Translations under genes and position numbers: made by a program
Source of the DNA: an uncultured virus (IMG/VR IMGVR_UViG_3300020421_000008)
Lineage: Duplodnaviria > Heunggongvirae > Uroviricota > Caudoviricetes
IMG/VR virus record: IMGVR_UViG_3300020421_000008
Direction: 5' to 3' (one strand)
DNA length: 64,000 bases
Shown: piece after piece, positions 9,912 through 18,430 of the stretch
Layout: each line of letters begins with the position of its first letter
Numbering within the stretch: position 1 is the first letter of the stretch
Notes under the pieces: generated by a model
Databases searched by the model: none
The model's input: the letters and a program-made list of their open reading frames with translations, nothing else
What the model was told of the DNA's origin: nothing

Positions 9912-10736
9912 ATGGCTAAAGATCCTCTTGCTGGCGAAACAGTACCAACTAAAGAAATGGCAGAAAAGCTGTCAGCTATGTTGGGATGTTCTGGGGCGCA
10001 TAAAGTGGGAGACGATGCTTGGGGCCCATGCGAATCTGATAGGGATTTACAAAAATTGATTGAAGTTGGCAATCCAGCATTTCGTGAATGGAAAGCAAAA
10101 CAAAAAAAGAAAAAGTCAATTTTAGATTTTATGTCTTTGAAATCTAAATCCAAAAAAGGATTTTTTAACACTCGTGAAGAAGCCGAAATGTCAGCAGCTA
10201 AGATTGGGTGCGAAGGAGCACACCAAGTCAAGCAAGGCGTTTGGGCACCCTGCGGAACCCCAGAAGAACGTAATGCTGCACAAAGCAATGCTGGTGCAGG
10301 TAGATCTAGGATACTAAGAGCACAACGTCCTGCTAGACGAGTTGTGACTAATCGTAGGGTTTGGGAAAACTTAAGAGGGCGTGGTCCTCGTGGAATTGAA
10401 GCCTTACCAGGCGGTGGTCTTGTTTCGGGCAAAAACGATGAATATACCACGTCTAAAGGAACCCAACGGAAATTTTCTAACCTTGATCAGAAAAGGTTCT
10501 ATACACGTAAACGTCGAACAGAGTACGCTAAACGAGGTTGGGCGCTTCCTGACGGATCTTATCCAATTAGAAACGTTGGGGATTTAAACAATGCAATTCA
10601 GGCTTATGGGCTAGGGAAAGATAAAGAAAAGACAAAGAAGCACATTATAAAACGTGCCCGTGCTTTAGGCAAACTTGATTTGATTCCTAAATCTTGGAAA
10701 AAGAGAGCAAAAACTTCCAAAACGTCAACCAGTTGA
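9912..10736 (+). CDS. Basic head-associated protein with two DUF3721-like modules and an LPDGSYPI module
   Basis: LGCSGAH..WGPC, IGCEGAH..WAPC and ALPDGSYPIRN...HIIKRARALG, all shared with the 3..1481 protein. Confidence 0.65.
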   Translation: MAKDPLAGETVPTKEMAEKLSAMLGCSGAHKVGDDAWGPCESDRDLQKLIEVGNPAFREWKAKQKKKKSILDFMSLKSKSKKGFFNTREEAEMSAAKIGCEGAHQVKQGVWAPCGTPEERNAAQSNAGAGRSRILRAQRPARRVVTNRRVWENLRGRGPRGIEALPGGGLVSGKNDEYTTSKGTQRKFSNLDQKRFYTRKRRTEYAKRGWALPDGSYPIRNVGDLNNAIQAYGLGKDKEKTKKHIIKRARALGKLDLIPKSWKKRAKTSKTSTS

Positions 10737-10923
10737 TCACATACTGGTATATACACTACAATAGACACGTGTAGGGCTGTAAGAGATTATTGGAATAGTT
10801 CCCGTGATTTTCTTTACATCAGTGCTAGCATAATAAATGACTGGTGCTCACCACATAATTTTTTTTATTGTTGGGTCGCCTATCATTGACAAATAAACAT
10901 ATTCAATCTTAAGGAGACTGAAC

Positions 10924-12210
10924 ATGAGTTTTGATGAGAGTCGGCTCAACGAACTCAAAACTGCTTTAACCAGTAAAATGGGAGAGCAGCAAGAGATCGC
11001 TGATTCGATGCAGTTCGAGGGTGAAACCCTCATTGCAGATGATGAAAAGAAATCTGCATTTCAAGGTAATATGGCCCAGATCAAAGAGATCAAAGGTCTT
11101 ATTGAAGACATGGAAACCCTTCGTGACGTATCAGTATGGTCATCAGAGTCTGACTACAAGTCAGTCGCTGCTGAAGTTGCTGCTGGCGTTGAGGCTGAGG
11201 TTGCAAATCACTACGGTTCCGTAGGTGAAGCATTCCTTGACTCCCCAGAATTTAAGTCACTACAGGGCGGTAAAGCCGGTGTTAACATGGTTGCACCTTA
11301 TCAGGCAAAAACACTTGAGCAAAAAGATATTTATTCTGGTTTGCCATCTGGAACACCTGGTTCTTTCGGTGCTGTTGAGCGTGACGGAATTGTCCCAATC
11401 GCACAACGTAGAAGCCGTGTACGGGATCTTTTCCCATCACGTAGCACTAACTCAGCAGTTATTGAGTACTTCCGTCAAAGCGGTTTCACGAACAACGCTT
11501 CTGTTGTTCCTGAATATGCGTCCAGCGCATTCGGTGCAAAACCTCACTCAACGTTTACTTTCGTTGGCGAGCAAGCTCCGGTTCGGACCATCGCTCACTG
11601 GGAAGCTGCTCACCGTAACGTTCTTGCTGACGAACCGCAACTGCGGTCAATCGTTGACAACGAACTTCTCTACGGTCTGCGTTTAACAGAGGACAACCAA
11701 ATCCTCTCAGGTGCTGGTACAGGTGAAGACCTCACTGGTATTCTAAACACTACAGGCATTCAAACGTATTCATGGTCCGCAGGTGCTACCACTCCGGTGA
11801 AAGACACCAAAGCCGATGCAATCCGTCGTGCCGCAACGCTCGCATACCTTGCGTACTACGAGCCAACTGGTATCATTGTTAACCCAAATGACTGGGAAGA
11901 CATTGAACTTACCAAAAACTCACAAGGTACCTACCTACTTGCTATGTCAGTAGCTGGTGGCGCAGAGTCACGTGTCTGGAGAATTCCAGTCATTGACACT
12001 CCTGCTATCGCTTCTGGTACTGCTCTTATCGGTGCCTTCGGTACAGGTGCTCAGTTGTATGACCGTGAGGCTGCTACAATCCGAATTTCGGAACAGCATT
12101 CAGACTTCTTCGTAAGAAACGCAATTGTGATTCTTGCTGAAGAGCGTCTCGCCCTCGCAGTTAAGCGACCAGAGTCCTTCGTGAAAGTTACCTTCGACGC
12201 TGCTCCTTAA
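10924..12210 (+). CDS. Major capsid protein, HK97 fold
   Basis: Coiled-coil delta domain, EDNQILSGAGTGEDLTGI, F.RNAIVILAEERLALAVKRPESFV; AAGGAG RBS. Confidence 0.95.
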   Translation: MSFDESRLNELKTALTSKMGEQQEIADSMQFEGETLIADDEKKSAFQGNMAQIKEIKGLIEDMETLRDVSVWSSESDYKSVAAEVAAGVEAEVANHYGSVGEAFLDSPEFKSLQGGKAGVNMVAPYQAKTLEQKDIYSGLPSGTPGSFGAVERDGIVPIAQRRSRVRDLFPSRSTNSAVIEYFRQSGFTNNASVVPEYASSAFGAKPHSTFTFVGEQAPVRTIAHWEAAHRNVLADEPQLRSIVDNELLYGLRLTEDNQILSGAGTGEDLTGILNTTGIQTYSWSAGATTPVKDTKADAIRRAATLAYLAYYEPTGIIVNPNDWEDIELTKNSQGTYLLAMSVAGGAESRVWRIPVIDTPAIASGTALIGAFGTGAQLYDREAATIRISEQHSDFFVRNAIVILAEERLALAVKRPESFVKVTFDAAP

Positions 12211-12262
12211 TCCCTAGCGGAATAAAGAGTTAAGTCTTAGTGACCTAACGAAATAAAGATCT

Positions 12263-12292
12263 AGCCCTCACCCTTCGGGGTGGGGGCTTTTT
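12263..12292 (+). terminator. Intrinsic terminator after the capsid gene
   Basis: AGCCCTCACCC-TTCG-GGGTGGGGGCT followed by a T-run. Confidence 0.9.
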
Positions 12293-12354
12293 CCTGGTGT
12301 AAGATAAGAGTAGCGTTGCGTTACACGCATCTTGGCGGTGCATCCCCTGAGGAG

Positions 12355-12383
12355 GACTCCCCTGCTTCGGTGGGGGAGTCTTT
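12355..12383 (+). terminator. Second TTCG-loop hairpin/terminator
   Basis: GACTCCCCTGC-TTCG-GTGGGGGAGTC-TTT. Confidence 0.7.
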
Positions 12384-12397
12384 GCTATAATAGGCAT

Positions 12398-13114
12398 ATG
12401 ATTAATAATGGTGAGGACTTCCCATTCCCATTGTGGACGACGAAAGACGTTGAAGTCTTGGAGTCCATTGAACATTTTTGGTCAATAGGTATCGTTGAGT
12501 TATTGCACTTTTTAATAAACGAAGACGGTTCCTTTGAAAGAGATAAACTAGACATTTCAATTGTTTTACATTCTGTTATAAACTCTTTAAAAGACCAATA
12601 TTCATTTGATCAAGTTGGTTCTTTAATTTCCGTTGCAAGTGAGTTTTGTTTAGTGAATTGTCAATATGAAAAACAAAACTTAACCATGATTGAAATTAGT
12701 GATAATGCTATTCTGTATCTAGCCTTACAAGAAGAAGATGATCTTGCTCTTGAAGGAGCATTAATACGATCAGAAGACGACATGTCGATATTTAGAAATC
12801 CCGTAACAAGATCAGCGTTATCGCTATTTGGATACTGGGAAGATTTAGCAGCGGAACTTTTATTTTGCATATTGACTAGAGGCTTGTTGCATGATACAAT
12901 AGGTTCTACATTCAATTATATTTCAACAATATTTACAGACAAACTAGAGTTTGTAGACTTTGTTAGAAAGATGTGTGACGTTGGTTTGATATCAACAGAG
13001 ATACTAGAAACAGGAGAGGCAAAAATAAATATTGAAATACCAGCAGCAGGAATTTTTTTACTTTTGTCTAACAGATCCGAGCTCGCAGTACAATTAGCAC
13101 ATCTTTCAATTTGA
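12398..13114 (+). CDS. Hypothetical protein (leaderless start 12398)
   Basis: TGC-TATAAT 6 nt before ATG 12398; the ORF track start at 12332 would cross a hairpin. Confidence 0.7.
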   Translation: MINNGEDFPFPLWTTKDVEVLESIEHFWSIGIVELLHFLINEDGSFERDKLDISIVLHSVINSLKDQYSFDQVGSLISVASEFCLVNCQYEKQNLTMIEISDNAILYLALQEEDDLALEGALIRSEDDMSIFRNPVTRSALSLFGYWEDLAAELLFCILTRGLLHDTIGSTFNYISTIFTDKLEFVDFVRKMCDVGLISTEILETGEAKINIEIPAAGIFLLLSNRSELAVQLAHLSI

Positions 13115-13258
13115 CTTACAGCCACACTTGTGGTAATGTGAAAATCATAACAATTTGACATTTGGTTTATTGTAGACCCGTTTAGAATACAAGAACCATC
13201 TTAATCACGTAACAGCGAAGGGTCGCTGTCCCTTTCAACTACAAGGAGTAATAAACAA

Positions 13259-15214
13259 ATGAAGTCGTTTCTAATTTCAGATGACCATACAAAATCATAT
13301 GAAGACAAACTACCACCATGGGGATTCAATGGGCTTGGTTACGTAACATACAAACGCACATACGCTCGACCAATATTTGATGGTGACTCAAACATTATAA
13401 CAAGGACAGAAGAGTGGCACGAAACTGTACAGCGTGTTGTTAATGGAGCACAAAACATTGGGGCAGAATTAACAGAAGATGAAGCACTTAGATTATACGA
13501 CTACATGTTCAACCTTAAGGGTTGTGTTGCTGGGAGAATGCTTTGGCAGCTTGGCACTGAAAACAATTCAAGGCTTGGTGGTGACAGTTTAGTAAACTGC
13601 TGGTTTGTAGACATATCAAAGCCAACTGACTTTTCGTGGTCTGTTGAGCGCTTAATGCTTGGTGGTGGCGTAGGGTTTTCATGTGATCAGCCTGAAAGAT
13701 TAGGCACTGTTCGCCCAGCGTGGGTTGAGCACCATGATGCAAACGACTCTGACTTTATTGTTCCTGACACACGGGAAGGTTGGGGTGAACTCATACGCAA
13801 AGTTTTCGAATGCTACTTAGGAGATGACGACAACCCACGCAAGATGACTTATGCTACACACCTTGTTCGTCCTGCTGGGGTACCAATTAAGACATTTGGT
13901 GGCACGGCGTCTGGACCTGATATTCTTATTTCTGGTGTTGAAAAAATTTGTAAGGTTTTAGATGGTGCCGTTGGTAGAACAATGACATCTGTTGAAGTCC
14001 TTGACTGCATGAACATCATCGGTTCGATTGTGGTTGCTGGAAACGTACGCCGTTCAGCAGAGATTGCTGTAGGAAGCCTTGATGATGAGTCTTACTTAAT
14101 GGCAAAGCGATGGGACTTAGGCGATATTCCTATTGAGCGTGCGATGTCAAACAACACAGTATTTGTTTCCCCAGATCAGATGAAAGATATGCCTGATCTC
14201 ATTTGGGAAGGATATAAGGGCAATGGGGAGCCTTATGGTTTCTTCAACCTTGAGGCCTCCAAGACATATGGTCGAATGGGAGAGGAAAGACCAGATCACT
14301 CAATAGTTGGTGTAAACCCATGCGCTGAAATTCCACTGGCAAACAGAGAGTCATGCAACTTGTCTGAGTTGTACTTACCCATGATAGATTCACCAGAAGA
14401 GTTAATTGATGTTGCAAAACTTCTTTATAAGGTACAAAAAGCCACAGCAGCTTTGTCTTACCTTGATCCAGCCTCAGATCGAATCACTTCACAAAATATG
14501 AGACTAGGCTTAGGGATAACAGGAGTTACCCAAGCAATGGATAAAATTAAATGGCTAGATACAGCGTATGTGGCTCTTCGTGAGTTTGATGCACAATGGT
14601 CCTCTAAAAGAGGTTGGCCAGAGTCGGTCAGACTTACAACCATAAAGCCATCAGGCACACTTAGCCTACTACCAGGTGTTACGCCTGGTGTCCACCCTGC
14701 GTTTAGCCAATACTTTGTTAAAAGAATGCGTATGGCTTCGTCCGATGTTTTAGTCGATTATTGCAAAAGCAAAGGATTCTACGTTGAACCTTTAAGAAAC
14801 TTTGATGGTTCTGAAGACGACAGAACAGTGGTAATTGAATTTCCGTGCGCTTTCCCTGAGGGAACCATTTTAGCAGAAGAAATGTCTGCGATTGATCAAA
14901 TGGACTTGGTTCGTGCCCTTCAAAAAGTTTGGGCAGACAATGCAATCTCTGTGACTGTTTATTACAAAATGGAAGAACTTGGAGAAATCCAAAAGTATCT
15001 TGCTCAATATTGGAACGAAATGAAATCAGTTTCTTTCTTACTACACTCTGAGCATGGCTTTGATCAAGCGCCAATGGGAGAACTATCATTAAAGGAGTAT
15101 CAAGCAATGCTTGAGTCCACAACTCCCCTTGGAGAAAAACTTTCTGGCTCTACGTTTATGACAGATGAAGAGTTTGAAGCAGAGTGTGCTACTGGGGCAT
15201 GCCCAATCCGCTAA
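13259..15214 (+). CDS. nrdJ: Class II (adenosylcobalamin-dependent) ribonucleotide reductase, monomeric RTPR type
   Basis: TYKRTYAR, LVNCW, GNVRRSAEI, GVNPCAE, TTIKPSGT, C-terminal CATGACP. Confidence 0.93.
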   Translation: MKSFLISDDHTKSYEDKLPPWGFNGLGYVTYKRTYARPIFDGDSNIITRTEEWHETVQRVVNGAQNIGAELTEDEALRLYDYMFNLKGCVAGRMLWQLGTENNSRLGGDSLVNCWFVDISKPTDFSWSVERLMLGGGVGFSCDQPERLGTVRPAWVEHHDANDSDFIVPDTREGWGELIRKVFECYLGDDDNPRKMTYATHLVRPAGVPIKTFGGTASGPDILISGVEKICKVLDGAVGRTMTSVEVLDCMNIIGSIVVAGNVRRSAEIAVGSLDDESYLMAKRWDLGDIPIERAMSNNTVFVSPDQMKDMPDLIWEGYKGNGEPYGFFNLEASKTYGRMGEERPDHSIVGVNPCAEIPLANRESCNLSELYLPMIDSPEELIDVAKLLYKVQKATAALSYLDPASDRITSQNMRLGLGITGVTQAMDKIKWLDTAYVALREFDAQWSSKRGWPESVRLTTIKPSGTLSLLPGVTPGVHPAFSQYFVKRMRMASSDVLVDYCKSKGFYVEPLRNFDGSEDDRTVVIEFPCAFPEGTILAEEMSAIDQMDLVRALQKVWADNAISVTVYYKMEELGEIQKYLAQYWNEMKSVSFLLHSEHGFDQAPMGELSLKEYQAMLESTTPLGEKLSGSTFMTDEEFEAECATGACPIR

Positions 15215-15267
15215 CCAATTATATTATTTATAAGAGTTGCAAGTTGTTGCAAGTTGGACTATTAATG

Positions 15268-15391
15268 TAATTGTTGTACCGGAATATGGCTAACCCCAAA
15301 GGAGGAGATTGTTTTTATCGGTTAATCCGGTAGCCGAATGACAATCACAACATCTACAGAACGGGGTCTGGCTTGAACTGGACCTCGTTTT
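15268..15391 (+). ncRNA. Candidate structured small RNA ending in a terminator-like hairpin
   Basis: Nested stems ATTGTTG/TGACAAT, TACCGGA/TCCGGTA, TAACC/GGTTA, then AACGGGGTC...GACCTCGTT-TT. Confidence 0.35.
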
Positions 15392-15408
15392 GTCGTTAGA
15401 ATAAGAAA

Positions 15409-15762
15409 ATGACACGTCTTAATGAATTACAGAAAAATAAGGTAAACCTTTATCTTTGGCAAGTAGCTTCATTAATTGAGTTTTCTGGGCTTTCAAGGAC
15501 TTCACCAAAAGACAAAAAAGGAAGACTTTCTTTACCTTTTGCTATAGCAATGCTATGCGGTGCAGATCAAAACGGCTATAGTGATGATTTTGATTACCTA
15601 CTAGGGGAAGTTCCAAGCATGTATACACCTATGTTCATATATTGCTGGGAATCCATCGAACTAGAAGTTGAAAAGGATATCGTTTATTGGTCGGAAGCCG
15701 TAGGAGCAAAAGAGACTATTAGGCGAATAAGGAATTTGGCGAAAGTAATAGAACATAGTTAA
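15409..15762 (+). CDS. Hypothetical protein (leaderless)
   Basis: TAGAAT 6 nt before the ATG. Confidence 0.7.
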   Translation: MTRLNELQKNKVNLYLWQVASLIEFSGLSRTSPKDKKGRLSLPFAIAMLCGADQNGYSDDFDYLLGEVPSMYTPMFIYCWESIELEVEKDIVYWSEAVGAKETIRRIRNLAKVIEHS

Positions 15763-15780
15763 TTTTTTCTAAATGTCCAT

Positions 15781-15809
15781 TTGACATAGTTGTACAATTG
15801 CAGTATCAT
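15781..15809 (+). promoter_or_regulatory. SigA-type promoter TTGACA-17-TATCAT, leaderless
   Basis: Consensus -35/-10; ATG at 15816 lies 6 nt downstream. Confidence 0.8.
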
Positions 15810-15815
15810 AGAACT

Positions 15816-16196
15816 ATGAATCATAATACACGCTGGAGAAAACACTACGATGCTTTAGTGACGTACTCAGAACGATATGGAGATGCACTTGTTCCAAGCG
15901 GCCATGTTGAGTTTGTTGGATCTGGAGAAGAGATAAACCTAGGCAACTGGGTCAGTTACATGAGAACCAGATACAGACAGAATGCTTTATCAAACGAGCG
16001 AATAAACCTCTTAGAACATATCCCATCATGGGATTGGGGACCAGTTAGACCAGGACCGAAATCAAGGGATATAGTTATTGAGCGAAACTCCGTAATTAAG
16101 GCTAGGTACAAGAAGGGGGACTCTTTATCTTGCATCGCCAAAGAGTACGGCTTATCAAGGCAACGTATTCATCAAATAGTTAGAAGCGCTCAATGA
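15816..16196 (+). CDS. Helicase-associated (HA) domain plus C-terminal HTH DNA-binding protein
   Basis: W..HY.AL..Y..RYG...VP..H...LG.WV..MR.RY....L..ERI..LE....W.W; SLSCIAKEYGLSRQRIHQI. Confidence 0.75.
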   Translation: MNHNTRWRKHYDALVTYSERYGDALVPSGHVEFVGSGEEINLGNWVSYMRTRYRQNALSNERINLLEHIPSWDWGPVRPGPKSRDIVIERNSVIKARYKKGDSLSCIAKEYGLSRQRIHQIVRSAQ

Positions 16197-16519
16197 ATAA
16201 CTTTAATAGAAACACCGATGTTGAGTGGGAGGCTTTAATTTCAAACCTCTCAAAAAACAATAAACAGAATGGAGCTGCAATGAAAGCAGGAAATATTTTT
16301 AGCGGACTAGTATCACTATCAACAATTAGTGGTATATCTGCTATTGGTATAATGTTGGTAAACATGGTAATAAATAAGGCTTGGCCAGCAATTGAGGCAT
16401 TCACCCCTGCAATTGGCTACTTTCATGCCTTTTTCATATCCGTAATAGTTTGGGTAATTTGGTTAATCAAATCCTCAATACAAGCTGGAATCACACACCA
16501 CAAGGAAAAACAACAATGA
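16193..16519 (+). CDS. Two-TM membrane protein
   Basis: Two hydrophobic stretches; ATGA overlap. Confidence 0.65.
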   Translation: MNNFNRNTDVEWEALISNLSKNNKQNGAAMKAGNIFSGLVSLSTISGISAIGIMLVNMVINKAWPAIEAFTPAIGYFHAFFISVIVWVIWLIKSSIQAGITHHKEKQQ

Positions 16520-16992
16520 CAGAAACCTTGTGTGAAAGTTGGGAAGATATTGCTGAAAAGTATGTTTTTCAAATTTGGGACAGAACATCTGACATTCATT
16601 TCCACGATCCCATTGGGGAGATACGAAGAACAATAGACAACATGATTGATCAGTTCTTTGACGGGAATACAAATATAACGTCTGAGGTGTATTGGTTAAA
16701 CCTAGGAGCGCTAGCTCTAACCTGCAATGGTGAGTTTGATCCTTATGAAGTTTCTGAAGTCCTTGCAAACAAGCAAAGAGACTATGGTCCCAACAACATT
16801 GCTCGATTCGGAGAAAAGGGGTTAATCATCAGACTCCATGACAAAGTTGCTCGTCTTGAAAACCTTTTGGAAAGTCAAGTCTCTGCTAGGAATGAATCAA
16901 TTGTTGATACGTATTTAGACATAATAGGTTATTCTGTTATTGGCTTAATGTGGATGAATAATGAGTTCCTAACCCCTCTTCGCTCTAAGTAA
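16516..16992 (+). CDS. DUF1599 / nucleotide-modification-associated domain protein
   Basis: KQRDYG..N...FG..G.IIRL.DKVARLENL...NESI.DT.LDIIGY. Confidence 0.7.
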   Translation: MTETLCESWEDIAEKYVFQIWDRTSDIHFHDPIGEIRRTIDNMIDQFFDGNTNITSEVYWLNLGALALTCNGEFDPYEVSEVLANKQRDYGPNNIARFGEKGLIIRLHDKVARLENLLESQVSARNESIVDTYLDIIGYSVIGLMWMNNEFLTPLRSK

Positions 16993-17064
16993 AGCGAGTA
17001 AAAACGAGAGGCAACTTAGTTGCGGTATCATATATTAAGAGTCATCTTTAAGAGGAGATATACG

Positions 17065-17256
17065 ATGCCAGATCCATTTTTATTTCGAGACAGGGAACGC
17101 CGTCGTGGTCGTGGTCGAAGAGGTAGAGAAGATGCTAGAGGTAGACGTCCGGGTCTAATCAATAGGATCAGAAACCGAATCGCTGATGCATTAGACCGAG
17201 GTGCTGATAACCTAGGTCGTCGTGCGGCTGCTAATCGTGCCCGCCGTAATCGGTAA
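17065..17256 (+). CDS. Small Arg-rich basic protein (63 aa)
   Basis: GAGGAG RBS; MPDPFLFRDRERRRGRGRRGR... Confidence 0.7.
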   Translation: MPDPFLFRDRERRRGRGRRGREDARGRRPGLINRIRNRIADALDRGADNLGRRAAANRARRNR

Positions 17257-17276
17257 ACTATTACTTAGGTTGCACT

Positions 17277-17918
17277 ATGGCGTTGATAACGGTTTCAAAC
17301 GTAGAAACATATATGGACATTTCGTTCACCAATACACAGGAAGATGCTGTGACGATGGTGATAGAGGGATTGCAATCAGAACTGGAAGCATATTTACGCA
17401 GACCAGTTGAGCAAAGTACCTTTACGGAAACATATAGGATTCCAGAAACAGGTCGTGGGGTAGTAAATCAACAATATTATTACAACTACCCAACAAACCC
17501 AGAAACAACTTTAACTTCGCCAGGAATTATTTACGCTCCTACATACACTTTATACTTAGACAATAGCCCAGTTGCTTCTGTCACTTCTGTATCCATTACT
17601 CCTGCATCTGCATCTGCTACAGCCACAGCACAGGTTGCTGAAAGAGATTACATTACTAGAAAATATGGAATTGATCTTTTTAATGCGTATGCCAACGACA
17701 ATGTTACTGTTACATATGTTGCTGGATTAAATGGTGGTGGTATTAAAGCTTTTCAATCATTACTACTTAGAGCAACCGCAAGAGAAGTTCAAAACATGTA
17801 TGATGATACAGTTGGCCTAAAAGATCTAACTACAAGAAACATAGCCCCACTAGAGACAGGCTTCACTGAAAGAGAATTAGCAAGCATTAAGAGGTATCGC
17901 AGAGTAAGGGTGTCCTAA
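17277..17918 (+). CDS. Head-tail adaptor/connector
   Basis: LITVSNVETY, ELEAYLRRP, VTVTYVAG; position at the start of the neck block. Confidence 0.7.
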   Translation: MALITVSNVETYMDISFTNTQEDAVTMVIEGLQSELEAYLRRPVEQSTFTETYRIPETGRGVVNQQYYYNYPTNPETTLTSPGIIYAPTYTLYLDNSPVASVTSVSITPASASATATAQVAERDYITRKYGIDLFNAYANDNVTVTYVAGLNGGGIKAFQSLLLRATAREVQNMYDDTVGLKDLTTRNIAPLETGFTERELASIKRYRRVRVS

Positions 17919-17919
17919 C

Positions 17920-18429
17920 ATGGGTACGTATGGAGTTAGGATTACAAGTGTAGATACCAGTAGGTTGCGTCGTAGATTTAATGCGATGTCTAGAAGATCG
18001 CAAAACTTTAAACCTGTTTTTAGATGGATGATGAAACAGTTGCAAGAAGCACATCGTGACAATTTTAAAAATGAGGGTGTTTCGTCTGGTTTTAGGTGGC
18101 AACCATTAGATCCACAGTATGCTGCATGGAAGTTAGAAAACTATGGAGCAAAAGGAATCTTAGTTAGAACAGGAGACTTAAAAGACAGTTTAACTTTGAA
18201 TAGCGCTAGAGGCGCTGTTAGAGACTTTGGTTTACGCACGGCTCACTTTGGCACAACGATTGGCTACGCCCAGTTTCACCAAGCAGGCACACAAAACATG
18301 GCACAAAGAAAGCCACTATTCGTCCCACAGTTAATGGCCAATAGAACTGGACATGCTGTTGGAGAGTATATATTACACGGTTCACTTGGAGAAGTTAAGT
18401 CATTTCTTAGTAAGGGGTTTATGAAATAA
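17920..18429 (+). CDS. Virion morphogenesis / tail completion protein
   Basis: WQPL..QY..WK, ILVRTGDLKDSL, GTTIGYAQFHQAGT.NM.QR. Confidence 0.8.
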   Translation: MGTYGVRITSVDTSRLRRRFNAMSRRSQNFKPVFRWMMKQLQEAHRDNFKNEGVSSGFRWQPLDPQYAAWKLENYGAKGILVRTGDLKDSLTLNSARGAVRDFGLRTAHFGTTIGYAQFHQAGTQNMAQRKPLFVPQLMANRTGHAVGEYILHGSLGEVKSFLSKGFMK

Positions 18430-18430
18430 A

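Noticed and set aside
10840..10885. Weak hairpin (GGTGCTC/GGGTCGCC) in the capsid leader
   Set aside because: Pairing too weak to support without homologue covariation.
13212..13235. Hairpin ACAGCGA/TCGCTGT upstream of nrdJ as a pseudoknot or cobalamin riboswitch
   Set aside because: Too short, no B12-box, and no linker to allow the loop-CCCTT pairing.
15345..15360. CACAACATCTAC resembling an NrdR box
   Set aside because: Single partial match located downstream, not upstream, of nrdJ.
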